Assembly (NCBI GenBank): GCA_043228905.1
Contig: JBHGNT010000007.1
Location: 14,942,001-15,006,000 of the forward strand
DNA length: 64,000 bases
Direction of reading: 5' to 3'
From: Azolla caroliniana
Lineage: Eukaryota; Plantae; Polypodiophyta
How positions within the stretch are numbered: the first letter of the stretch is position 1; each line of letters starts with the position of its first letter. The notes under the pieces were generated by a model. That model worked only from the letters and a program-made list of their open reading frames with translations. It made no database searches and was not told the DNA's origin. Made by a program: the position numbers and the translations under genes. This document shows positions 23,401 through 35,800 of the stretch, one piece after another.

Positions 23401-26271
23401 GACATTGTTTGATTGTCTTTTAACTTATATACTGTAATTGTCTGATATCCAAATCCAATTACAATTTTTTAGGGTTTAGATGTTACAATATACAATACAA
23501 AAACATTGTTTTGTGAAATAAGACAATTCAAGCAATCTGCACATTCTATAAGAAATTATTCCTAAACAGCATGTATGCATGCATGGGTTATATTAAGATC
23601 ATTTCTATTCATCTCTCACTTGTCCTTCTAAGGAAAACAGAACACATGGTTGAGCTTGGTGTAATACCTGGCTTCTAAGTCTTCCCCCAAAAACTCTCTG
23701 AATATAGTTGCTGGGAGACGCACCAGATGAAACTTCCTTAGGGCAGCATTTCTGCAATGCCTCAATCAGGTAGCGCATGTACTCATGTGCATCCTCTTGA
23801 CGCCACATCTGGAAGGATCTGGATATGGCTGCCAAAGATTTCAATCTAGTTAAGAAAGAAAGCCTTGCAAATATCAATCACTACACCAATTAATCTGTCC
23901 AATAAATACTAAACTAGAATATAAATCATGATATACACATATTATGCTAACAAAATCAAAGACCAAAACGTAACAGGAAAGAACATACATCTCAGGTTTT
24001 TCACTAAATGATTCGGGGAGATGACCCTTCCAGGTGTTGATAACGCCTGCTTTACATGGCTTTCCATAGCACACATCGCACAGAAACCCACTACTCTACC
24101 TGCAAAAAAAACATAAAAAACAATGAACTGGCAGAGAAGCAACAAAACAGTTCACCACTTTCCTCCCCAAGCATAAAGGTAGACATGGATATCAACTCAC
24201 ATAAGACATTGCACAAAGATCAATTAACATAACATTTAAGATTCAATAAATACCTTAACTCAAAAGAGGATTGAATTTAGACAAAGATCAACACATATGA
24301 CACCTTTACATCAGATAAAGATAGACTAACATGACCCTTTGACAAACTAAATGCACATGGGACTAGAAATTCAGAAAAATATCAATAAACATGAGAATCT
24401 AAATTTTAGAAGAGAATGAATTCACGTGAACCTAAAGAATGGACAGCGCTACAATTTACATTATCCTTATGGTTAGATTAAATATCATCAGATCACATGA
24501 GCCTTAACATCAAAGTAAGGTTTAACTCACCTCAAGGGTAGAGAAAGATCAATATACAAGAGACTTGAGGTGTAGACGAAGATGAACTCACATAAGACTG
24601 AAGAATTAGACAAATATCAGATTTAGATAAAGATGGAACTCACAAGAGTCATAGGATCAATTCACATGAGACTTCCACTTTAGACAAGGATGAACTCTCA
24701 TTCACCTCAAGATTAGACAAGGATTAATTCACATGAGACTTAAGATTGGACAAAAGATTAACTTACATGAGCCTTTATGAAGATCTGCTTGGAGATATGA
24801 TGCAAGTGGGGGTGTATATGTAAGGCATTGCAGGACAGAATTGAGAAAGCATGTATTACCAAGATTCGAAAGGCCTGATCCCTGATAAAAAAGAAAACAT
24901 AGGATCAAAAGAAAAACTAAAAGCTGATCTTATAAGCAATCAAAAGACTTCAATGAACAGAAAAAATAAATAAAAACAGCAAAACATTAAGCTTATAAGA
25001 AGCCCACAAACCACAGTAAATACCACGGAAACAATTGAATGCCCACTTCTCAGATGGCACAATTTGACTCTTTTTGTTCTAATTTTGAGATTATTTATTG
25101 CCACAATTTGGAGCTTCGTAGGTGTAATTCTAAGATTATAGTAGTAAAATTTAGAGAATTTTCCCATCTACTCTCTTAGATTCCGCTACAATTTGGAGTT
25201 GTTTGAATCTATTTCTGAGCGCAATATACTTATGCACAGCTTTTGGGATTCTCAGATAACAGCAACAATATGGAGCGTTTCAATCTACATTAAGAATTAT
25301 ATTCATGATTCGTACCTCAATGCTCTGCTTGTGATCAATTATAGAAACAACAAATCTTTTCTGATCTATATCTCAAATTCTATTTTTGAAAATTAATTAT
25401 CTATTTTTTGTCAAATTATACAACCATTTGGAAGTTTGTGTATCTAAGATTGTAGCACCCGTTTTCAATCTATTGTGCAGAAAATGTGGAGCTTGTTTAT
25501 CTCCTTCTAAAAAGTACAGCAAATTTGGGGCTTTGATGATCTATTTATGATACTATAGCAGCAAACTTGGAACTTCTACGATCAATTTCTGAGATTCTAT
25601 ATCAAAAACAAATGTGAGCCTCCATCATGATATGTTTCTAAGATTTTTTCGAAACACAACTTAGAACTTTAACTCTTTTTTATTCATTTCTGCAACAATA
25701 TTGCAATTCTTTTTATGTCCTTATGAAAGTTAAAGCAAAATTGGGACTTCTCTGACCAAGTTTTGAGATATTCTAGATCAATCATTTTGGAGCTTGCAAC
25801 ATATCTTCCTGATGATTGATTTTACAGCAACAAGTCTGGGAATGTCCTGATCTCTTTGTAATAATGTGATATCAATAACTCGGGTGCTTTCCTTTTATCC
25901 GTGCTTGTGACCAGATCAGATGAATAATAATAATAATAATAATAATGCATTACGGAACTTACTATTCTCTTCACAAAAATGGTTTCCAAAACCATGACCG
26001 GCCGATGATGTTGATGCAGAGGTTGGCGTTGATGAAGAGGAAGAAGCTTGGAAGGAACGTTAGAGACGCCATGGCCGTCAGGTTGAGGTAGAGAAGGAAG
26101 AGGATCAAGGTCATTCAGAGGTGTGAGGGAGAAAGAAGAAGAAGAAGAAGAAGAGGTAGAGGAAGTGTGGAGAGGAGGATGAAAGAGGATGCGTCGGGGA
26201 AGGATGGAAGAGATAGCAGAAGCGATGGTGTTGGTGGCGCCGACAGGCACATCTTCTCTGACTCCCACCAT
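20453..26271 (-). CDS. UBP23: Ubiquitin-specific protease, UBP23 / USP36-USP42-like, 9 exons
   Basis: Exons 26271-25963, 24881-24767, 24099-23989, 23828-23668, 22533-22207, 22132-22007, 21928-21277, 21163-21058 and 20909-20453, all GT-AG and phase-consistent. Cys box [24 protein letters not shown], His box [23 protein letters not shown] and C-terminal WDEEYDRGK motif. Confidence 0.92.
22988..23219. mobile_element. Small hAT-like MITE (232 bp) in UBP intron 4; related fragment at ~19665-19800
   Basis: Imperfect TIR catagtatgta / tacgtactatg. TSD atctcaat (22980-22987) vs atctcagt (23220-23227). Internal AT-rich part and cgcattcg motifs match 19668-19790. Confidence 0.7.
24180..24765. repeat. 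Degenerate ~30-35-bp minisatellite filling UBP intron 2 (ttagacaaagatcaa.tcacatgagact)
   Basis: Many variants of tagacaa.gat.aa.tcacat.agac between 24180 and 24770. Confidence 0.65.
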
Positions 26272-26525
26272 AGCTGCTGCTGCTTTCTTTCTTTCTTTCT
26301 TTCTTTCAGTTTCTACCTTTCCTTCTCCTTCTCTCTCTACTTTTCTTCTTCTGAGGGAGAGGAAACAAAAAAGGCTTTGATTAAAACCCTAGAGAAGATA
26401 TACATATGCATGCCCCTATGTATCTTCTAGGTTAATCCACAAGCTTCATTATACATCATTTATTTATACTGTATGTATGTATATACATATGTATGTATGT
26501 AGATACATACATACATAATTAATTA

Positions 26526-27414
26526 GGGAAAAGTACCAGGATACCCCTGGAAGTTTGCCTATTTACCAGAATGCCCCTGAGAGTTCCAAATTTACCAAAC
26601 TATCCCTATGTCCAAAAAAATACGCTTTGTAAAGTAATTATACACTCAAAGCTACAAGCCCTATTGACCAAAGATAGAAGAAATGGACCCAAACTAGCCC
26701 TATTTACCAAAGATTTGAGTGTATAATTAGTTTATAAAGTGTATGCTTTTGGACATAGGGGTAGTTTGGTAAATTTGGAACTCCCAGGGGCATTCTGGTA
26801 AATAGACGAAGGGAAAAGTACCAGGATACCCCTAGAAGTTCGTCTATTTACCAGAATGCCCCTGGGAGTTCCAAATTTACCAAACTACCCCTATGTCCAA
26901 AAACATACACTTTATAAACTAATTATACACTCAAAGCTACAAGCCCTATTTACCAAAATACCCTTCAAACACAAATTTCTTTACTTGAGCAATTCTTTAC
27001 ATCTAATTCCATTCAATTAATCACTAAGCATTCATCATTAATCACTAATCATTAATCATTAATCATGATAAATCTTAATCTCTTTGAATTACAAAGGGAA
27101 TTTGGAATTGGTATTGAAAAGGAATTTGAGTGGGGTCTCTGTTTAATTAATCCCATTACCACATTTTTTGCTCTTTTTTCTTAATCCCATCCATGTCTTC
27201 TTCTTCTTCTTCTCTATATTTCTTTCCCTCTTTAAAACATGTCCTGTAATTACTTCAGTTCCTCCATAATTATTCTGTAGTCTCTTCTTCTCTGTTTGAT
27301 TATCTGACTGTCTTTCTGCTGTTTCTTAATTCCTTGTTTCCTTTTTCTTTGTCAAACCTAAATCTCTAAAGATCCATCCATCCATCCATATCCATATCCA
27401 TATCCATAGCCATA

Positions 27415-27453
<39 letters not shown>

Positions 27454-30131
27454 GTATGTATAATGTCTCTCAGTCGTTGTCTCCATCACCATCGCCATAT
27501 CTAAGTTCTCTCTCTCTTCTCCTCGCTTTCATCTCTTTAATTTGTCTTCCCATTTTCTGCTCCTTTTTGTTTTAAATCCTCCGGTCTTCTGTCTAAATTC
27601 CCTCACCCTAAACCCTAATTAGCTAGCTAGCTTCCTATTTCTTTCCTTTTCTCTTCTCTCTCTCTCTGCTTTTCAATTCTTCTGCTCCATCTCCATCTCT
27701 GGTCTCTCTGTGTCTATTTCTGCTTTTCAATCCTCTGATCCTTTTGTATTATCAATCTCTCTACTAAATCCAGTCTTTGTGCTTTTGCTACTTATCCTTA
27801 TTTATGTCTGATGTTAGTAGTCGTCGTTCTTATGTGAGAAATATAGTAGTAACTATGTGGAAACTATATTTCTTTCGTGCAGAATGTTATTGTATGGGAA
27901 AAAGGAAGAAATTCGTCTAAAATTAGATATAAATGCATAATCGTTGTTGCTTGTGCTAACACTATGTGTTCATGTGACAAAAAACTGTGGAAGAAATTCA
28001 TTTGATATTAGTAGTGTGTGCATATTATTCCTGTGCATTTTTTTATCTCTGTAGTACTGTGGTATACATTCAAATTTAAAGATTGTAAAGCCTACTATCG
28101 TTACTTAGGATTCTTTTGAATTATTAGATGATATAGAAGTTATGATCCAAGGAATGCTTGGCTAGTAAGTATACGGAATTATTCTGCAATCAAGGAATTG
28201 GAGAACGTTTTGTATTTTATCCCTGATTATCAAGTACATGAAACTCTTGTGCTAAGCATTCACATGAATAGGATTTGGAAAAACTAGAAACTCTATCCCA
28301 CAATTCTTATGAATTGTCGAATAATTACTAGCCACTATAGTTCTCCACTACTCATATCCCCCTCATCCTTTGGATCTATAAAAGGCCAAGCCTCATCCTT
28401 TGGATTAATGGAGAGATCATGATGAACCATCCTTGGCGAATCTGATGCAAACCTGCTAAATTGTTGTTCATGATGCCGATCAGTAGGCCTTATATGCTCC
28501 ACATCATGTTTACATTGGCAATTAGCAAGCCTACACTGAGGTAGTGTAAGATTGTGATGTGCTACTTTGGGAGATTCTGCAACCATATAAAATTGTGGAT
28601 CGTGATGAGAAGAATTGGAAGAACTAACCAACAAATCAAATTGATTGCAATCTTGCTAAGTTGTTCCCTTAAGCCTTGAAGGCAAGAATCACTACCAACA
28701 AAACTAGATTTGTAGCGAAGAGCCAAGGATGGTGAAGATGGAGCCGAGATTGTTGGTGTAGAGGGGACCTTAGAATGAGTCATAACATTAGGCATATCCA
28801 CATCATTAAAGTAAGCCTTTCTAAGATATGCTTCTTGTTGCTGCTGTTGATGAAATTCCCGGCTTACTACTACTAAATCTTCACCAGTGTCTACGCAAAG
28901 GTTACCATTGATTGCATTAACATAGAGTTGCTCTTGAGTGCTAAAACCACCATACTTTCCTTCTCCTCTTTCTGGTTTTGACTCTAATACTACCACATCT
29001 ATATCACCCAAAGAAGCAAAGAAGAACAACCGGAGCCTACTACTATCACCCACCTTTTCACACTCTTCTATCATATTCTACATATCATCATCCGACGTCA
29101 CAAAAATCAATGCATCGAGATCTTCATTAGAAAGTTGATATTTAAGCCTGAATGGCCCTGTCAAATTAGAACCCTTACTAAAGTAGCCGATCAATTTACT
29201 CATAACATCACGAAACGAGGCTTTTCTAGCGACATTCAAGATGTGAGTATCTCCTCCTACATATCTGAGCTTCCCATCCATTGGCCGAGGCATGATCTTT
29301 CCATCGAAACTACACATTAACTTGATTTGATCATTGGTCGAAGCCTTAACCCTAGCAAAATTAGGATCCACACCACCGATGGAGTTTATCCGAGTGGAAG
29401 ACAAGTCTGAATCAGAATGGTAATCCAAAGTCGATACTTTGAATAGATCACCATGCTGCTTCCCCTTTATTGTGGCATGATTGTTTTGATTCATAGGGTC
29501 TAAGGGATACCCCATTGGATGGGCCGTATCTTCGTGCTCGTGGTGATGATCAAAGGAATTAGAGCTAGGGTTAAAGCTTACCTCAAAAAGACGGTGTGGT
29601 GGCCACGATGCTTTTTTGCTATCCTTACCACAATTTTCTTCTTCTCTGATGCAATAATATCCTACATCGCCATGGATAGGAAGCTTCGAGAAGGTGTCGT
29701 TGGAGCTGTCTTGGTCAGTAGAGAGGTGTTGTCGTGTGAAGAGATGGTAAATTGGGGGAGGAAATTCCTGATGATGGCGGTGGTGGTGACGAGGCAAATG
29801 TCGAAGAGGAAGATGAGTATGGTGAAGATGATGACCAGGACGATGGATATGGCGAACAGGTGGGGATGGGGAGGGTTCGAGGGGGATATGATTTATGATG
29901 TATTTTGTGAAATAAAAGTGGTATAAATTAGTCAAAATAGGTATATAGTGGCATTATGGTAAATAAGTTTAGGTTTAAGGGTATTTTGGTAAATAAGGCT
30001 TGTAGATTTGAGTAAATATTTACTTTATAGAGTGTATTTTTTTGGACATAGGGGTAGTTTGGTAAATTTGGAATTTCCAGGGGCATTCTGATAAATAGAC
30101 AAACTTCTAGGGGTATCCTAGTACTTTTCCC
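26526..30131. mobile_element. Non-autonomous Mutator-like element (Pack-MULE) with ~150-bp TIRs and a duplicated/inverted left end
   Basis: Left TIR gggaaaagtaccaggatacccct... at 26526 and again at 26811. Right TIR ...aggggtatcctagtacttttccc ends at 30131. Flanks taattaatta / taattaata form an imperfect 9-10-bp TSD. No transposase inside. Confidence 0.88.
28335..29560 (-). pseudogene. Captured PB1 (octicosapeptide/Phox/Bem1) domain gene fragment inside the MULE
   Basis: IKLMCSFDGKIMPRPMDGKLRYVGGDTHIL...LKYQLSNEDLDALIFVTSDDDM*NMIEECEKVGDSSRLRLFFF...EQLYVNAING. In-frame TAG at 29080-29078 and a later frameshift near 28630. Confidence 0.88.
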
Positions 30132-30290
30132 TAATTAATATTAAGCATGCAAGAAGAAGGAAGCACCCTACCCCCCACACATTTCACACACCTCAATGTT
30201 TCTGTCACTCTCGGCCTCGTACGACACACAACACGACAGTCCCACGCACACACACACACACACACATAGAACAAGTTTGTCGATAGAGAG

Positions 30291-30560
30291 TCGGGTGATT
30301 CAGGGCAGACAAGAAGACATTGCCGCCATCACGAAATCTCGTTGCAGATTGAGACAAAATGGGCTTGGTATGTTTGCAAGTTGTGATGCCAGCCATCGCC
30401 TATCGATCGTCTCGTCCTCTGGATGATTCGGGGCGGATGAGAAGACATTGCCGCCATCACGAAATCTTGTTGGGAAATCTCGTTGCAAATTGAGACAAAA
30501 TGGGCCTTGTATATTTACAAGTTGTGACACCAGCCATTACCGATCTATTGTCTCATCCTT
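30291..30560. repeat. Tandem duplication of ~130-140 bp
   Basis: gaagacattgccgccatcacgaaatct...ttgagacaaaatggg...caagttgtga...cagccat at 30313 and 30441. Confidence 0.8.
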
Positions 30561-32877
30561 CGAAAACTTTAACCCCTGAGAGGTGCTCGAAAAGTCGCCA
30601 TCGCTCGTAGCAATCGAGTGTTCATAATGAAGTTGAGTCGATCGGTGTCTTATCCTTTTTTATGATGGCTATATCCTACCATTTGCTAGTAGAATTTGAT
30701 GTCAAGTGGTGGTTTGTCTGTCCACCTACCTATAAGGAATGTGAGTTTGGGTTTATTAGACGTTCATGCAACAATTCAGCAACCAAGGTTCTTATATTCA
30801 CGACTTCATCATTATTGAAGTTTCTTATTCCTAGACTAACACGTCATTAACGTTCATAACAATGATTTTTATATCAAGAATGCGCTTGAATAGTATCTAG
30901 GATTGTTATAATCAAGTCACACTTGGATGATATTGAGAATGATTATATCAAGGCATCTATCTATGTGCATGACAAGGCGAGTTAGAAATTGAGTTAAGAT
31001 GGGTTCTACTCTCTTCTAAGATTGTATAAGGTATCCATAAGATTGTATAAGATGTGGCATTGATTTTCTTCCCAAAGTCCCATGCATGGGAATGGTTTAT
31101 ACATTGGAAGATAAGGTGTAAAATCAATGGCATACCTACAATATGTAATTATGTCACACATGACGTTAGTGGGGCTTGAACTTCGGGTTATGACCATATA
31201 AATGTCAAATGTGTTTACTGTAATGTACAGGCAAGAACTTAGACCATGATTCAAGCAACACTATTATATAATAAAGCAAAGAATATTTTTCATCGACTCA
31301 AATATGTCAAGTGGTTTGTAAGATCAATTCAAAACAAAGGTTCTAAAAAGAATAGGAAACTCTTTTACAATATTCCACTCAACATTCTTGAACTTGATAA
31401 GACCTTTAGGTTTGAGTTCTTGCTTCTTGGATCATGGAACATATGTATTTTCACACTTCCAAATTAACCATGAATTACAATCTATTCTGCACAAACTCAA
31501 ATTATTGAAAGAAAACGTTTATGTAATAATAATAAGTTACCTCAATTCTTTACGTTGAAAATATCAACATCATTGAGGATTCACTTTTTGATCATATTAG
31601 CCTCATTGTTGCCACATACAAAAGAATTAAAAGACATTTGTGCTTAAGCAATCAATGCCCTAATCAATTTTGACAATAAGTTCACCTTTACTTAGGTGGA
31701 GCTTGCTAAATTGAAGTACCATGACCTAATAGAACAAGATGCTTAGAGGGACTCAAGTTCAAGTATATGAAAACAAGGTGTATATTAATTGATATACGTG
31801 AAGGAAACAAATTGAGTTTGTTGAGTACCTTTTATTTAATTCATTGTCAAGTGTTCTCATTCGATTATTTTCAATCTAACCCCTCCTTCACAAAAGTTCT
31901 TACATGGATGCATACAAATCTTAAGACATGGTGTAGTAAATGGAGCTTTTAGGACACACCTTACACTTGGCAAATTCAACCTCTTCAAAGAGGTTAGTTT
32001 ACTTCAATCTCCTTCTTAATTGATTCTATAAAAACTTAATTACATTGAACCAATTGAGTTTATTGTTCTTTAGCAAATTGTAAAACTAGAAATTCTTCTC
32101 TCATATTTGCTACAAGCATCCACTATGTTAAACAAAGAAATGTGTGCCAAATTAAATTAAGTTTTGCCATGTGTACATGGTGTAGCAATATTGGTTTAAG
32201 CTAACACATAAAAACCCTCATTCATCATTACGCAATTATTTGATTCTTACTGTTTTAAGCTTTTACCTCCTCCTGATGAAGACTGATCAATGCAACTTTG
32301 TTCGTGTCCCTCCACTATCTATGGCTCATAACCCATGGCTTACTACATATACTTCCTCTAAGGAAGCAAATTTCTTACTATTAATATTTGGGAAATGCAC
32401 ATTCTGTATATATAACAAGATTCAATACCATTTGCCTAATAAACTCTTGCTAAACCAATCTCTAAAACATAATCCTCTTTTTAAATCATACACACCCAAG
32501 AAAAGCTAGTTGATCCCATCCCTACTACGAGGCATGTATTTAGAAAAAAGCAACAATTACAGATGTCATGGGAACCATGTTGATCAATTTTATATTCACC
32601 TAAAATTATTGAACATCTATCTCATTCTTGGAAACAAGAGGCATATGCATAAAAACTCAGCAGTAACGAGATGGAGAGCCCTATCATTGTTGACACACAT
32701 GAACGCATAAAATTTGAGATTGCTCTATGAGTTATTCTCACATGTTCCAGTCTATTTCCGACCTTGAAAAAATATTGATGAGACTTTATAATATACAAGG
32801 TAGCTTTACATCAGACCAAGAGAGGGGTTGGGGGGAGGGACACACCTCCAATTCTTTTCTTTCTAACTGAGAGCTAA

Positions 32878-35800
32878 TTATTGCCTTTTCCTCAATTTCA
32901 CATCTCCAATTGGTGATGTGATTTTCCTCAGGGAGCTATGCACAATCATAACTGCAAAAAATGAATACAAACTAGCTACTTTACATTTGCACAAAACCAT
33001 AGCTGCAAAAAGAAAATGTAAAGTCACCTAAGTAATGCTGCATATATACACATAGTCATTAACTGCTAAAGTATAGAACTGGGTAAGTTCATACACGAGA
33101 AAAAGGAGAGAAGAAATACCTGCAAAACTGAAAATTCCAGCCCAGCATACAGCCAAGGCAACTTTGAAGTAGATCATCATAATAGTGCTGACTGTAAAAC
33201 CAATAAGATGTGTTTTTAAGCTCTTTCAAATTTTCCCGATTACAATGAAACTCACGACTCTTTATATTGATCTTACAACACATGGTTACAGTAGACCATA
33301 ATCCAGATAAGCATTCAAATGCTAATTTTAAATGAACTGATACTTGGACTCCTTGCACAAAATGCCGTCGTTATGCATCGGAACCATAAAGATAAGGTTT
33401 CATTATATGCTCATTTTCCATCATCAGATAAGGATGCAAACATAGAACAAGCAAATACATGGCCTCTGTCCAAAAGATGTCACACACCATGTCAAACTCC
33501 ATCAGGGTTCTGGGTACTCACGCAAGTTTTGACAGTGAGGGACACTTGCGCCATCCAGGACTGATGCAATTGGGAAGACCACTGCTCGTGGTGGAGCTCA
33601 ATCAGCCGGTTGTTGCATGGCATGACTTGAGTGATGGCATCACTCATAAGGACTGGATGCAATCAGCCTGAAAACATTATCAAGCAACAGGATGGGATTG
33701 TCATATGAAGGTTGGGACATCAAAGATGAAGGGAATTTTCAAATTGAGTGATCAAATCCAATTGGTAAATATTGATACCACTGATTATCTGGCATATTGT
33801 TTAACGAAGTGTTTATCAAAGACACTTTACCAACACTGCCTTGAGCGGGTGCAAGTTACCTAGTAGAGTAACCAAGCTCGTTTAAGTGGGAGGTTGTTGG
33901 GATTAAAAACCCTTTTCTCTGTCACTGGCTTCGGATATTTCAGAAAACTGCCATTCTATCTTCTCTTCTTTACATGAGTAGTCTCAACCATTTTTTCTCC
34001 CATAATCTATTCCCGACTGATCTATCACCTCTCTAAAGAAGTGACAGAATATCAAATTGCCTAGTCCTAGCGTGGTAAACAGGGTTCTTTGCCAAACATA
34101 TAGAACTTTCGTTATCACAATGTAGGACTGGAATTTGCTTTAGGAGTCCAAGTTCACTACACGAGTTAATTAACCAAATGTCCTCTTTAGAAGCCTTTGC
34201 AGCTCAGATATACTCAGCTTCTGTAGTAGAGAGTGCAATGATTCATCACATCCATGAACACCACGAAATAACTCCCCCTAGGAGAGTATAGATGTAACCA
34301 TAAGTGGGTTTTCTTGAGTGTAGATTCAAGTCTCCTTTGCCATAACAAATGCATTTTTCCTTGGTGCCTTTGAGATCTAAGGATAGATTTGACTGCAGCC
34401 CAATGGTTTTGTCCAGGTTGACTCATAAATCTGCTTACTATTATTGCATATGCAATATCAGGTCCTGTGATACCATTGTATAAATTAATGACCCACAAGC
34501 CGAAGAATATGGGATAGCCTACATTTCTTCTGTTTCCTCTATGTCTTTGGAACAATGTGCTTTTGAAAGATTTACTTGTGGTTGGAAACACACCAAAGAT
34601 GGCTTTGCATCAGTCATCTGAAATCTTTCCATTACCTTCGCAATATACTTCTCTTGGGATATAAATAGTAACGTTTTTGTCTATCCCGTCTGATTGTTAT
34701 TCAAAGAATGTGCTCAGTGTTTCTGATATCTTTCATGGAAAGTGCAGATTTGAGTTTGCATTTTAATTTCTGAAAGTTGTTTCAGGCTTTCTTGCAATGA
34801 GCATGTTGTTGGAGGGTGGAAGCTCCAGACCTGCACTCTCTTTCATCTTTATTATCTCTCTTCCTAGAATCTACAACTCTTTAAATGTATTCTCTCTCTA
34901 GAATCTGCAACGCTTTAAATGCCTTCTCTCTCTTCCACTTTTCCAAGATATTCCCTCATATTCCTCGTGTATTGTACTTTTTTGGTATTACAAGAGTCAC
35001 TTAAGTACCAAACAACCATTTCACCCACGTTCCCTAATTTTGTATAAATAGGCTATACCAGCATCTTTTGTAAGAACTTTTATTTTTGTTGCTACTTGCA
35101 AACAGGCTCTACTCTTTTGCTATGTCTCTACTCTTTGCAACTATTTTTGCTACTAATGTCCAACAGCCTTCTCACAACTTGGCTATGTGTCTATTTTTTC
35201 TAACAACTGTTCCTCTCACACATGTCTCTACCTTATTTCGAGTGACGCCATTTGAGAGCATGAAAGAGACAAATTTCCTATACCACGGGCATGGGGCTTG
35301 TTTCAGCCAATAGAGGCTACGTCGAAGTTTACAACCTAAATGCTCTTTTCCTGGAAATGTGAATCCTTCAACTTGCAACATATAAAGCTCCTCATCTAAA
35401 CTTCCATGAAGAAAAGCCGACTCTACATCCATTTGATATAACTCCAAACCCAAAAAGGCTGAAATAGCGAAAAAGTGTCCTAAGTGTAATCATTTGGACT
35501 ACTGGAGCAAAAACCTCCTGAAAACCGATTCCTTGTATTTGTATGTACCCTTTGGCTACTAAATGAGCACTATAAAGCTCCTCATCTAGGCTTCCATGAA
35601 GGAAAGCCATCTTTACACAAATTTAATATAACTCCAAATCCAAAAAGGCAGAAATAGTGAAAAGTTTCCTAAATGTAGTCATTTCGACTACTGGAGCAAA
35701 AACCTCCTGAAAAATGATTCCTTGTATTTGTTTGTACCATTTGGCTACTAAAAGAGTCTAATACTTGGGTTTACCTTCTAGAGTCTTTACATGTAGACCA

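Noticed and set aside
29560-29935. His/Pro-rich N-terminal extension of the PB1 ORF
   Set aside because: It runs into the MULE TIR and is low-complexity, so it is more likely element-internal sequence than a true protein start.
30650-32760. Short AT-rich ORFs and a candidate extra exon at 32762-32620 (-)
   Set aside because: PRA1.H already terminates at 32878 with its conserved C-terminus; no homology recognised.
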